Part shown: positions 38,804 through 48,889 of the stretch, piece after piece
Numbering within the stretch: position 1 is the first letter of the stretch
Layout: each line of letters opens with the position of its first letter
DNA from: an uncultured bacterium
GTDB taxonomy: Bacteria; Margulisbacteria; WOR-1; CAVSGV01
Length of the DNA: 64,000 bases
Reading direction: 5' to 3'
NCBI GenBank assembly: GCA_963768305.1
Contig: CAVYHE010000010.1
Coordinates: forward strand, 1-64,000
Position numbers and translations under genes: made by a program
Notes under the pieces: model-generated
Seen by the model: only the letters and a program-made list of their open reading frames with translations
What the model was told of the DNA's origin: nothing
Database searches by the model: none

Positions 38804-40380
38804 AAGTACTTGCAAGCGATAAGATCGCCGAAAGCGGATTAAAAAAACTCAGGGACGCGGGCTTCGAAGTTGACATGAAGACCGGCCTTCCGGAAGATGA
38901 GCTTGTCAAGATAATCCCCCAGTATGACGCGCTTGTCGTTAGAAGCGAGACAAAAGTGACCCCGAAGATAATAGAAGCCGGGAAAAAGCTGAAGATAATC
39001 GCGAGAGCAGGGGTCGGCGTGGATAATGTTGATCTCCCAAGCGCCACAAAGAAAGGCATCATCGTTGTTAATTCTCCGGAAGGCAACACAATCGCTGCGG
39101 CTGAGCACACATGGGCGATGCTACTTGCAATGTCCCGCAATATCCCGCTGGCGCAGGCATCGCTGCGGGCCGGAAAGTGGGAAAGGTCAAAATTCACGGG
39201 CGTAGAGGTCTATGGTAAAACCCTTGGTATCCTTGGACTTGGTAAGATAGGAAGCCATGTAGCGAACTATGCGCTTGCTTTTGGCATGAAAGTTGTTGCA
39301 TACGATCCATTCATTTCAAAAGAGTATGCTGACAAGATCGGCGTTGAGCTTAAAGATCTGGATTCTGTCATAAAAGAAGCCGATTACATCACTTTGCATT
39401 TGCCAAAAAACAAGGAAACGGCAAACCTCATCAATATGGACAAAATAAAGATGATGAAAGACGGTGTAAGAATTGTGAATTGCGCGAGAGGCGGAGTGAT
39501 AAATGAGGCTGATCTTGCGGAAGCGCTTAAGTCCAAGAAAGTCGCAGCTGCAGCTATTGATGTGTTCGACAAAGAGCCGCCGGAGCCGACAAATCCGCTT
39601 CTTTCTCTTGATAATGCTGTGACCGTTCCTCACCTCGGTGCAGCAACAGTGGAAGCTCAGGTTAACGTTGCTATCGATGTTGTTGAACAGATCATCGAAG
39701 TTCTTAAAGGCGGATCAGCGAGGGCTGCCGTCAACATACCGTCCATGAAACCTGAAATTCTTTCTGCAGTTGCTTCCTACATGAAGCTTGCCGAGAAAAT
39801 GGGGAAGCTTGCCGGGCAGATAGCTGACGGCGCGATCAAAGAGATAAAGATCGGTTATTTTGGCGAGATAGGGGGAAAGGATACATCTCCCCTTACGATC
39901 GCTGTTCTAAAAGGAGTTCTTGAGACCGCAATGGAGGAAGGAGTTAACTTTGTCAATGCTTCTATCGTGGCCAAGGATCGGGGAATAAATATAACTGAGA
40001 CAAAAAGCACCGAATGTTTTGATTTTGCTAACAAAATATCCGTTTCTGTCGGGGCGGACGACAAGAAGAGGAAGGTTGAAGGTTCACTTTTTGCCACGAT
40101 CGGTGAAAGAATAGTCGGCATCGACGGCTTCAGCGTGGACGCTATTCCGTCGGGATATCTTATTATCGCCTCAAATACTGATAAGCCGGGCATTATCGGG
40201 CATGTCGGGACCGTGCTTGGAAAGAACAACATAAATATCGCCGGCATGGAAGTGGGGAGGAACAAGCCGGGAGAGAAAGCGGTCATGATATTAAATGTTG
40301 ACATCCCAACCCCCGACAAGGTCCTTAAAGAACTTGAAAAGATAGAAGGCATCCAGTCCGCTAAATTAGTTTCATTATGA
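38800..40380 (+). CDS. serA: D-3-phosphoglycerate dehydrogenase (with ASB and ACT domains)
   Basis: RAGVGVDNVD, GLGKIG, NCARGG, PHLGA, DKPGIIG. Confidence 0.96.
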   Translation: MKVLASDKIAESGLKKLRDAGFEVDMKTGLPEDELVKIIPQYDALVVRSETKVTPKIIEAGKKLKIIARAGVGVDNVDLPSATKKGIIVVNSPEGNTIAAAEHTWAMLLAMSRNIPLAQASLRAGKWERSKFTGVEVYGKTLGILGLGKIGSHVANYALAFGMKVVAYDPFISKEYADKIGVELKDLDSVIKEADYITLHLPKNKETANLINMDKIKMMKDGVRIVNCARGGVINEADLAEALKSKKVAAAAIDVFDKEPPEPTNPLLSLDNAVTVPHLGAATVEAQVNVAIDVVEQIIEVLKGGSARAAVNIPSMKPEILSAVASYMKLAEKMGKLAGQIADGAIKEIKIGYFGEIGGKDTSPLTIAVLKGVLETAMEEGVNFVNASIVAKDRGINITETKSTECFDFANKISVSVGADDKKRKVEGSLFATIGERIVGIDGFSVDAIPSGYLIIASNTDKPGIIGHVGTVLGKNNINIAGMEVGRNKPGEKAVMILNVDIPTPDKVLKELEKIEGIQSAKLVSL

Positions 40381-41219
40381 CCGAATCCCCTTTAGAAACC
40401 GGTGTTCAGAAAGTTACCGGCCTCATTAAGCAGGTCTTTGGGATATCCCATAAGGTCGGGCTTGTGCTCGGCGGAGGCGCTGCAAGAGGAGAAGCCCACA
40501 TTGGCGTCTTAAAGGTCCTCGTCGAAAATAAGATCCCCATACATTTTATTTCAGGCTCATCTTCCGGCGCGCTTTTCGGTGCGCTTTTTTCAGGAGGGAT
40601 GAATCCCTACGACATGGCAAAACAGGCAAGCCATACCGACTGGATGCGGCTAGTTAAATTCAGGCTTTCTTTGTCGGGACCGGTCTCGGGAGAGGGCATC
40701 GAGAAGCTCATTATCGATTCCATCGGCAATAAGAACATCGAGGACCTGCGCATACCGCTCAACATCATAGCGACCGACCTCAAAACAGGTGAGCGCGTCG
40801 TAATTAAAAATGGGAATGTCGCGAAAGCCGTCCATGCAAGTTCGGCCATCCCGGGTGTTTTCTCCCCGGTCCAGTTCCAGGGAAGATTGCTGGCAGATGC
40901 GCTTATAGTTGATAATGTGCCGGTTCAGGCGGTTAAAGATATGGGAGCGGATTTCATAATAGCGGTCGATGTTGTTCCGAACGTCATATTGAACGGCTGG
41001 TCGCCGAATGTGTTGAATGTGATAGAGCGCGCGTTGGACATAAGCTGCAGAAAGATGTCGGAAACGGCGAAGAAGACCGCGGACATAGTTATCGATCCTG
41101 TTGAAGAGAATATCTCCGGCTGGTCGCTTGACATGGTGGACCGCCTCATAAAGCTTGGCGAAGATGCCGCCAATAAAGCGCTTCCGCAGATCAAGGCGAA
41201 GCTTAATATTTCAGATTAA
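40377..41219 (+). CDS. Patatin-like phospholipase
   Basis: GLVLGGGAARG, GSSSG nucleophile elbow, ASSAIPG; the DGG motif reads DAL. Confidence 0.9.
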   Translation: MTESPLETGVQKVTGLIKQVFGISHKVGLVLGGGAARGEAHIGVLKVLVENKIPIHFISGSSSGALFGALFSGGMNPYDMAKQASHTDWMRLVKFRLSLSGPVSGEGIEKLIIDSIGNKNIEDLRIPLNIIATDLKTGERVVIKNGNVAKAVHASSAIPGVFSPVQFQGRLLADALIVDNVPVQAVKDMGADFIIAVDVVPNVILNGWSPNVLNVIERALDISCRKMSETAKKTADIVIDPVEENISGWSLDMVDRLIKLGEDAANKALPQIKAKLNISD

Positions 41220-42595
41220 CCCTTCATTCCGAACGATTCCATCTTCGATATCAGCGTCGTCCTGTGGATGCCCAACGCTTTTGCGGCCCTTGTCTGGTTG
41301 TTCCCTTGGGATTTCAGGGCTTCCATGATGATCTTTTTCTCATAGCTCTTTAAAGCCTGCAGGAGCGAGCTCTCGCCCAAAAGCAGTTCATTCGCGCCCG
41401 GAGTCTTTTGATCCATAAATTCCATTGGGAGATGTCCGGTGTCAATATTATCGTCCTTTGAAAGAGTGATCGTCCGCTCAAGCAGGTTCTCAAGCTCGCG
41501 AACGTTCCCCGGCCAGGAATAATTCTGAAAAGCCCTAAGTGCCTCGCCGGTTATATATTTTACGCTTTTGTTAAGCTCTTTGTTGTATTTTTCAATGAAA
41601 TAATTCACGAAAAGAGGTATGTCATCTATCCTATCACGCAGCGGAGGGAGGTCTATTGGTATGATGTTAAGCCTGTAAAAAAGGTCCTCCCTGAATTTCT
41701 TATCTTTGATCGCTTTTTTAATGTCGATGTTCGTGGCGGCAATTATCCGCACATCCACAATGATGGACTTTTCGCCCCCGACCCGCTCAATGGTACCTTC
41801 CTGAATTGTTCTTAACAGCTTTGCCTGCATCGCGAGGGGCATTTCGCCTATTTCATCCAGGAATATCGTCCCGTCATTGGCAAGCTCAAATTTCCCTATG
41901 TGCCGCTCCAGCGCTCCAGTGAAAGCGCCTTTTTCATGCCCGAACATTTCAGATTCAAGAAGAGTTTCCGGAATGGCGGCGCAGTTAACTATGACATAGG
42001 GCTTTTCCGCGCGGCTACTTTTCCTGTGTATCGTCTCGGCAACTATCTCTTTTCCGGTGCCGGATTCCCCGGTAATGAAGACCGTGCTGTTGCTTTCGGA
42101 TATCTTATCTATGATCTCGTAAATTTTCCTGATCTTTTCGTTTTTCCCTATCAGCTCGCCCATGGACATCCTCTCCGCCAGGGCCTGCTTCAGGTACAGG
42201 TTCTCCATAAGCATCTTTTTTCTTTCAAGCGCTTTTTTTATCGTTGCGAGCAGGTCCTCCACTTCGAACGGCTTGATGATGTAATCGAAAGCCCCATTCT
42301 TAAGGCAGTCCACGGCCGGCTTTACTTCTTTTGACGCAGTGACCATGATAATTTCCAGTGAGCCGTCAAGATCTTTTAATTTTTTCAACACTGCCACGCC
42401 ATTCATCTCCGGCATCATCACGTCCAGAAGCACGACATCAAAATGTTTTTCCGTGGCGAATTTAACGGCATCAGCTCCTTTGGTCGTGGCGGTGAGATCG
42501 TAATTTTCTTTCAGAAGATTTTTATAAAGCAGGAGCATGTCATTTTCATCATCGACTGACAAAATACTTGGTCTGAGTTTGCCCAATGTAATCAC
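41216..42595 (-). CDS. Sigma-54-dependent response regulator (REC-AAA+-Fis HTH, NtrC family)
   Basis: VDDE/LLDVMMP receiver, GESGTGKE, GAFTGA, WPGNVREL, NQTRAAKALGI. Confidence 0.96.
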   Translation of the reverse strand: MITLGKLRPSILSVDDENDMLLLYKNLLKENYDLTATTKGADAVKFATEKHFDVVLLDVMMPEMNGVAVLKKLKDLDGSLEIIMVTASKEVKPAVDCLKNGAFDYIIKPFEVEDLLATIKKALERKKMLMENLYLKQALAERMSMGELIGKNEKIRKIYEIIDKISESNSTVFITGESGTGKEIVAETIHRKSSRAEKPYVIVNCAAIPETLLESEMFGHEKGAFTGALERHIGKFELANDGTIFLDEIGEMPLAMQAKLLRTIQEGTIERVGGEKSIIVDVRIIAATNIDIKKAIKDKKFREDLFYRLNIIPIDLPPLRDRIDDIPLFVNYFIEKYNKELNKSVKYITGEALRAFQNYSWPGNVRELENLLERTITLSKDDNIDTGHLPMEFMDQKTPGANELLLGESSLLQALKSYEKKIIMEALKSQGNNQTRAAKALGIHRTTLISKMESFGMKG

Positions 42596-42674
42596 CTCAA
42601 ATATTATAATAATAGCAATAATATAGCCGAAAAATTATGTTGTTTTAATGAGGAAAATTATACCATGAGAGGTA

Positions 42675-42720
42675 AATTGTAGCAAATTTCGACACTTAAC
42701 TGTCGAAAAAGGCTACAATT
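42675..42720. promoter_or_regulatory. 46-bp nested inverted repeat containing two TGT-N11-ACA sites
   Basis: AATTGTAGC...GCTACAATT outer arms and TTTCGACA...TGTCGAAA inner arms. Confidence 0.65.
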
Positions 42721-43844
42721 ACCAGATCATCCAGTCATTTTTGAATTTGGTCCATTTCATATCAATGACCCTTAGAGTTTTCTTTCCGCCGTCTTCGCTG
42801 AATTTCTATTATACCATCCATCAAATATTTGATGTTGTTTATTGTCTGTTCACTGACGGAACCCGCCTCGACGATGAAAAGGGTAGTTACTCCGCCGAAT
42901 GCCGTAGAGGTGCGGCTTATTTGCGTCAGAAAAAGCTGAGCGGCCGCAAATTCAAAATTCAATAAAAGACTAGAAATAGAATCGATGACCCTTCTTCCTC
43001 CGTGTTTTTTCTGGATAGTCTGTCCTATGTCCATTCCCGCCTTGCTTATAATATCGGCAAGCTGGTCCAGTGTCAGGACCTCTGTAACCTTGAATTTTTC
43101 AGTTGAATTCTTCTCACCGGAAGACCACGAATATGCGTCGACGAACCTTATCATATTATTATTTTCCTGTTCGATCATATTTGATGAAGACAGCTTATTG
43201 ATCTCGCTCTTGACCAAAGAGGGGTCGTCATCCACGGCGACATACAGGCATTTCTCACTATAAGCAAGCCCCTTTGCAATGAATCTTTTGGCGAACGTCG
43301 ATTTTCCTTTTCCAAGAGGCCCCACCAAGAGAATATTCGCTCCCTTGGGGATCCCGCCCCCCAGCATTTTATCCAGGGGCTCAATGCCCGAGGGGATCAA
43401 AGCGGATGCGATATCGGTCTGGCTTATGGGGATGCCGGAAGCGGCAATGTTATGTTTCCCTTTTGCTTCCCTTTCAAATATTAACGATACTCTTTCCTTA
43501 AGTTCCTCCGCCCTGAAAGGTTTTGTGAGGAAATCATTCGCCCCGCCTTCAAACCCGGTGAGCTTATTGAATTCATCCCCAAGGGCGGAAAGTATCAGTA
43601 TGGGCACGCGGGCAAGGACGGGATCGTTGCGCAAGGCCTTGCAAACATCAAAGCCGGTTTTCTTCGGCATCCGGATATCTGTGATGACCATATCCGGCTT
43701 TTCCGAAATGGCTTTTGATATTGCTTCAATGCCGTCCGACGCAAGGATCACATCATATCCGGCTTCTTTAAGGAGTTTTTCGCCAAGCAGGCGAATGTTG
43801 GCTTCGTCATCGGCGAGGAGGATCTTTTGCTTTTTTTCAGGCAT
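42719..43844 (-). CDS. Receiver domain fused to a KaiC/RAD55-like RecA-family ATPase (frameshift near 42805)
   Basis: ADDE/ITDIRMP/KPF receiver; SGIEPLDKMLGGGIP, GPLGKGKST, RVIDSIS, YLMDGII; the alternative frame ends FSEDGGKKTLRVIDMKWTKFKNDWMIW*. Confidence 0.85.
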
Positions 43845-43851
43845 TCAAAAT

Positions 43852-43880
43852 ATTATATAGCATAATAATCACCTTGGCAA
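43852..43880 (-). promoter_or_regulatory. Sigma-70 promoter, probably leaderless, for the REC-ATPase gene
   Basis: TTGCCA-N17-TATAAT ends 7 nt before the ATG; no SD. Confidence 0.7.
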
Positions 43881-43903
43881 TTTTATTGTATTTGTGATAG
43901 ATT
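43874..43903 (+). promoter_or_regulatory. Sigma-70 promoter, probably leaderless, for the recO operon
   Basis: TTGGCA-N18-TAGATT with TG extension, ending 6 nt before the ATG at 43910; no SD. Confidence 0.55.
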
Positions 43904-43909
43904 TTACCG

Positions 43910-44539
43910 ATGGCGCTTTATAATATCGAAGCGATTTGCATAAGAAGCGTTAACACGGGCGAAGCGGACAAGATAGTCACGCTTTTTTCAAAAGTCCACG
44001 GGAAAATACGCGCTATCGCGAAAGGCGCGAGGCGGCCCGCTTCAAAATTCGGGGGAAGGCTGGAAGTCTTCAGCTACGACCACATCCAGCTTGCCACGGC
44101 CAGGCATTTGGACATCATGAGCCAGTGCGAGACCATAGAGAGCTTTTACAGGCTGAGAGAGGACAGGAAAAAACTCAATTGCGGGTTTTACATCGTCAAG
44201 CTTATTGATATAATCACAGAAGACAGGCAGAGGAATGATGAACTTTTTGACCTTCTTCTGGGCGCTTTATATGCCCTGCAGTCGTCGAGCGATCCGGGCA
44301 TTCTGTCCAGGGCTTTCGAGGTAAAGCTGTCCAAAGTTGAGGGTTTTCTTCCGTCGGACCAAATGCTCGAAAACAAGTTCAGGAGGCTGCCGCTCATCGT
44401 TGATAAATTAAGCGGGGACATGAAAGATCTGCCGACAGATCTTTCGGAGAATGACCTTAAAATATCCGGCCGGATCTTCAGGAATATCATTTCAGACCAT
44501 ACGGGCAAGGATATAAGAAAGGCAAGGGATTTCATATAA
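43910..44539 (+). CDS. recO: DNA repair protein RecO (short, no zinc finger)
   Basis: GEADKIVTLFS..HGKIRAIAKGARR..SKFGGRLE. Confidence 0.92.
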   Translation: MALYNIEAICIRSVNTGEADKIVTLFSKVHGKIRAIAKGARRPASKFGGRLEVFSYDHIQLATARHLDIMSQCETIESFYRLREDRKKLNCGFYIVKLIDIITEDRQRNDELFDLLLGALYALQSSSDPGILSRAFEVKLSKVEGFLPSDQMLENKFRRLPLIVDKLSGDMKDLPTDLSENDLKISGRIFRNIISDHTGKDIRKARDFI

Positions 44540-44559
44540 CAAGGCCAAGGTTCTCAGTT

Positions 44560-45744
44560 GTGCTCTCGAACCCAGGATTCCTTCTGCTTTGGATGGGGCA
44601 GCTCCTATCTCAGCTTGCAGACAGGATATTTATTTATGTCCTCATGATACTTGCTTATTCTCTAACAAGATCCAATCTCGGGGTCAGCATTCCAATGCTT
44701 TCTTTCGGCATCCCGTCAATCCTCTTTGGCTCTCTGGCTGGGGTTTATTCGGACAGGCTGGACAGGAAAGGTATTATGGTGGTCTCCTGCATATTAAGGG
44801 GCGCGCTCATACTTTTGCTCGTTCCTCTTGTCAATAAATCCATCGCCTCGATATTTTTTGTGAGCTTTTTCATCTATACCGTCGCGCAGTTCTTCGCTCC
44901 GGCCGAATCATCGTCAATACCGGAACTTGTCGAAAAGAAACACCTCATCATCGCGAATTCACTTTTTGTCATGACATGGATGGGCGCGTCCATGCTTGGG
45001 TTCGGTCTGGGAGCTCCCCTCATGAACTGGTTCGGGGAGGAAGGGACTTTCGTTCTTTCCGCGACTTTCTATATCATTTCAGCTGGCTTCATATTCCTTA
45101 TCCCTCTCAAATATCAGACCAAAAGCATTGAAGCAACGACGGGGGATGTGCTTCATGACCTGAAGAACGGCTTCGATTACATAGGCAAGAGCACCATCAT
45201 CGGGGTATCGCTGCTCAAGATGTTCATATCCACTTCGGCCCTTGCCGTGGTCAGCCTTCTGGCAATATCGTACGCTAAGGAAGTGCTCATGATAGGGGAG
45301 AGGAACTTCGGATATCTTGTTATTGCCGCGGGGCTAGGCATGTTCGCGGGAATGGCATTTTTGGGAAGGGTCAGCCATATGTTCAAAAAATCGAACATTC
45401 TGATGGCAAGTTTCCTCATCTCGGGGATAGCGCTCTTCCTTGTTGCTGCGGTAAGCGACATAAAGATCGCGCTCCTGCTCATATTTGTTCTTGGTGTTTG
45501 CAATATTCTCATCAATTCTTCCATACAAACTATTCTTCAGTCGGTCGTGCCCGCGGGGATGAGAGGCAGGGTGTTCGGAGCGCAGAACATGCTCATAAAT
45601 TCCGCGTTCACTTTCCCGCTTCTGATCTTCGGGTCCATAGCCGACGTCTGGGGGATAAGGGCCGCGATCACCGTTCTCGGGTTCACCATGCTGGCCGGAG
45701 GATCCGTCGGGTTCCTATGGAGGGGCGTAAAGCTGCCGGAGTGA
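44560..45744 (+). CDS. MFS transporter
   Basis: FLLLWMGQLLSQLAD, AGVYSDRLDRK motif A, QFFAPAE, RGRVFG; many TM segments. Confidence 0.92.
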   Translation: MLSNPGFLLLWMGQLLSQLADRIFIYVLMILAYSLTRSNLGVSIPMLSFGIPSILFGSLAGVYSDRLDRKGIMVVSCILRGALILLLVPLVNKSIASIFFVSFFIYTVAQFFAPAESSSIPELVEKKHLIIANSLFVMTWMGASMLGFGLGAPLMNWFGEEGTFVLSATFYIISAGFIFLIPLKYQTKSIEATTGDVLHDLKNGFDYIGKSTIIGVSLLKMFISTSALAVVSLLAISYAKEVLMIGERNFGYLVIAAGLGMFAGMAFLGRVSHMFKKSNILMASFLISGIALFLVAAVSDIKIALLLIFVLGVCNILINSSIQTILQSVVPAGMRGRVFGAQNMLINSAFTFPLLIFGSIADVWGIRAAITVLGFTMLAGGSVGFLWRGVKLPE

Positions 45745-46718
45745 GACCTCTTGTCTGCAACTATTATCTGACCTTCAAATGCAATGATGCAAGCGAGCTG
45801 AACGACCTGTGGCAAAAAAAAGAATTGCAGGAGATGCCGGAAACAGCGGCCGCTTTGGTAAAGGAAAATCTAAGGCGGCTGAAAAAGCTGGGGCTTTTTG
45901 CGGTTAACTTCGCCGGTGGCGAACCGCTCCTTTATGACGAACTTCCCGAGGTTCTCAGAGCTTCAAAAAGATCCGGATTTTTCAACATATTGACCACTAA
46001 CGGGATCCTTTATGAGGGAAGGGCCCGCGATATCACACCATTTATCGACAATCTGGTTTTTTCGCTTGACTCTCCATTTCCCGCGGAACACAACAGGATA
46101 AAAGGCACCGATTGCTATCAGGCGGTCATGGACGGGATAAGGACGGCAAAACAGCTTGGCAAAAGCCCCATCATCGGCTTCACTGTTACCAGGGATACTG
46201 TAGGACTCCTTCCCGAAATGGACGATCTTTCCCGGAATCTCGGAGTTCTACTTTGGATAAATCCGGTGTATAATTGGGCCGGGCTTGAGGGTTTCAATAA
46301 TGAAACTGTTGATTATATCAATAGTTTTTTCGGCAAAAATAACATTGCTATGGACATGGCAAGCCTGAAGCTGATAAAAGAGGGAGGGAACAGCGTCAAA
46401 AGACCCGTTTGCAGGGCGGGCAGCTCTGTATTGACGATATTCCCTGATAATACCCTGGTTTCTCCCTGTATCCATTTGCAAAAGTCCATAATAAAACTTG
46501 AGGATAAAGGAAAAAGCATATCAGGATCTCTCAAGGGAAGGGAGGCTGTATCGGCGGTCTCAATCCACGGCCGCGATGAAAAATGCCGGGGCTGCATGGA
46601 CTGGTCTTATCTGGGCCCGTCATTTCTGCAGGGCATGAACAGGATGACTTTTCCGGCGATTTATTCGCTATGGAAACTTTTCTGGAAAGATATCAAATAT
46701 AAAGGAGCAAGAACATGA
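45741..46718 (+). CDS. Radical-SAM-fold protein with a degenerate cluster motif and a SPASM/twitch-like C-terminus
   Basis: YYLTFKCNDASELNDLW stands where CxxxCxxC is expected; FAGGEPLL, TTNG, FSLD, and CRAG...SPC...CRGC are present; GTG start overlaps the MFS stop. Confidence 0.8.
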   Translation: MRPLVCNYYLTFKCNDASELNDLWQKKELQEMPETAAALVKENLRRLKKLGLFAVNFAGGEPLLYDELPEVLRASKRSGFFNILTTNGILYEGRARDITPFIDNLVFSLDSPFPAEHNRIKGTDCYQAVMDGIRTAKQLGKSPIIGFTVTRDTVGLLPEMDDLSRNLGVLLWINPVYNWAGLEGFNNETVDYINSFFGKNNIAMDMASLKLIKEGGNSVKRPVCRAGSSVLTIFPDNTLVSPCIHLQKSIIKLEDKGKSISGSLKGREAVSAVSIHGRDEKCRGCMDWSYLGPSFLQGMNRMTFPAIYSLWKLFWKDIKYKGART

Positions 46719-47902
46719 AGATACTGATGCTGACGCCTTATTTTTATCCGCATACAGGGGGAACGGAGAAATACGTAAAAGACCTTTCTATTCAGTTGGT
46801 GAAGAACGGCCATGACGTGACTGTAATTTCCTGCAATGTTCCGCGTTCGAAGAAAGCGAAAAAAGATGAGATCATCGACGGCGTAAAGATAAAGCGCCTT
46901 TCCGCCATCGATTTCCTATATTACCTTCCGGTCACGCTTTTTTTCAATCTTAAAATACTGGAAGGGTATGACGTCGTCCACATCCACTGCCCGCCGCACA
47001 GTTTTGTCAGGTCGGTGGCGGGAAGGACGAAAGTGCCGGTAGTTACGACTTTCCACTGCGATATTACGGTGACCGACCAGTTCTTCGGCATCCCGATCCC
47101 TCGTTTCATCACGAGCGGATTTGAAGCGCTTATGAACTGGTACGCAGACAGGTTCCTTCCGAAGGTCGAAGAAATAATCTGCACATCGGAATCATACGCG
47201 TCCACCTCGCCTGTCATGAAAAACTTCCCGCGTAACATCATACCGATAGGCGTTTACCATGATAAGCTTGATGAATCCATCAAAAAACAGGGGATCGATC
47301 CATTAAAAGGCAAGAAAAAACAGATATTATTCCTCGGGCGCCTTGCCGCGAACAAAGGGATCAGATACCTTGTTTCAGCGATGCCGAAGATACTGAATGC
47401 GCATCCTGACGCGAAGCTTATCATCTGCGGAGAAGGGGAAGAAAAGCCGTCCATCGAAAAACAGATAAAAAGCCTGGGATTGGAAGCGAGCATAACATTC
47501 TACGGAACAGTGGACCTTGATACGCTTTCAAAGCTTTACGCCACTTCATCGGTCTTCGTCCTTCCTTCCATAAACAGGCTCGAAGCTTTCGGGATAGTCC
47601 AGCTTGAAGCAATGGCGTGTTATACGCCGGTCGTGGCATCGGATATCCCCGGCGTAAACAGCGTCATGGACATAGGAAAGAGCGGGCTTCTGACCCCCAA
47701 ACAAGAACCGGATGCCATAGCTAATGCTGTCATCAGGATATTGAGCGAACCCGAGCTCATAAGGTCCATGGGCGCGAGAGGCAGGCATCTGGTGGAAACA
47801 AAATACGACTGGCCGATAATTTCCAAGGCAGTCGAGCTGGTCTATCAAAAAGCCATCTCAAAAAAGAAGGCAAGCCTGGCCGGAGGGAGCGGAAGCAAAT
47901 AG
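46715..47902 (+). CDS. Glycosyltransferase family 4
   Basis: PHTGGTE, FLGRL..NKG, EAFGIVQLEAMA (EX7E). Confidence 0.92.
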   Translation: MKILMLTPYFYPHTGGTEKYVKDLSIQLVKNGHDVTVISCNVPRSKKAKKDEIIDGVKIKRLSAIDFLYYLPVTLFFNLKILEGYDVVHIHCPPHSFVRSVAGRTKVPVVTTFHCDITVTDQFFGIPIPRFITSGFEALMNWYADRFLPKVEEIICTSESYASTSPVMKNFPRNIIPIGVYHDKLDESIKKQGIDPLKGKKKQILFLGRLAANKGIRYLVSAMPKILNAHPDAKLIICGEGEEKPSIEKQIKSLGLEASITFYGTVDLDTLSKLYATSSVFVLPSINRLEAFGIVQLEAMACYTPVVASDIPGVNSVMDIGKSGLLTPKQEPDAIANAVIRILSEPELIRSMGARGRHLVETKYDWPIISKAVELVYQKAISKKKASLAGGSGSK

Positions 47903-48889
47903 TGAAGGTGCTTGTAACAGGCGGGGCCGGCTACATCGGTTCCGTTACCGTCCGCGAATTGATCAAAGAAGGATATGAAGTTGTAATTTTTGACAGTCTG
48001 GTCTATGGCCATGAGCAGTCCGTTCCCAAAGAGGCCAAATTCATAAAAGGCGACCTGCAGGACAAAAAAACCGTTCTTTCGGCGATCGCGAAGGAAAAGA
48101 TAGAAGCGGTCGTGCATTTCGCAGGGGCCTCGCTGGTTGGAGAATCGGTGAAGGAGCCGCTCAAATATTTTAGGAACAATGTGGGAGGCGGGCTGAACCT
48201 TCTTGAATCAATGAAAGAGACCGGCGTCGACAAGATAATATTCTCTTCTTCAGCCGCGGTTTACGGAGAGCCGGAGAGGATCCCCATCCAGGAAGATGAT
48301 CATAAAGAGCCGACAAATCCATACGGGGAAACGAAGCTGATGTTCGAGAAATTCCTCAAATGGTTCGGGTTAGCCTATGGTATCCGTTCCGTCTGTTTGC
48401 GCTATTTCAATGCGGCAGGCGCCGACACGGAGAACGGTCTTGGTGAAGATCGATGATCCCGAAACTCATCTGATACCCATCATACTTAAAGTCGCGCTAG
48501 GGCAGCGGGAAAAGATAGATATTTTCGGGACGGATTACGACACTCCGGACGGCACCTGCGTCAGGGATTACGTTCACGTGAAGGACCTGGCAGTATCACA
48601 TGTGATGGCGCTGAAACATTTAATGGAAGGCGGAGCATCTTCTTATTATAATCTTGGCTCTTCAAAAGGATATTCGGTCAGCGAGGTCATAGATGTCGCC
48701 CGAAAGATCACCGGCAAGCCGATAAAAGCCGTTGAGTCTCCCCGAAGGGCAGGCGATCCGCCAAAGCTTGTAGCGAGCAGCGAAAAGATAAAGAAAGAAC
48801 TGGGATTCAAACTCGGCTACAGCGATCTTGAAACTATAATTTCAGACGCCTGGAAGTGGCATTCACAGCATCCTCAAGGATATAAATGA
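47902..48889 (+). CDS. galE: UDP-glucose 4-epimerase (frameshift near 48450)
   Basis: [44 protein letters not shown]. Confidence 0.95.

Noticed and set aside
42719..43844. Circadian clock KaiC
   Set aside because: It has a single ATPase domain with altered catalytic residues, and no kaiA or kaiB is nearby.
43874..43890. Sigma-54 promoter TTGGCA...TTGT before recO
   Set aside because: The -12 position is GT rather than GC, and the sequence is better explained as the shared sigma-70 -35.
45498..45740. 81-aa N-terminal extension of the radical-SAM ORF
   Set aside because: It lies entirely inside the MFS gene; the GTG at 45741 overlapping the MFS stop is the more plausible start.
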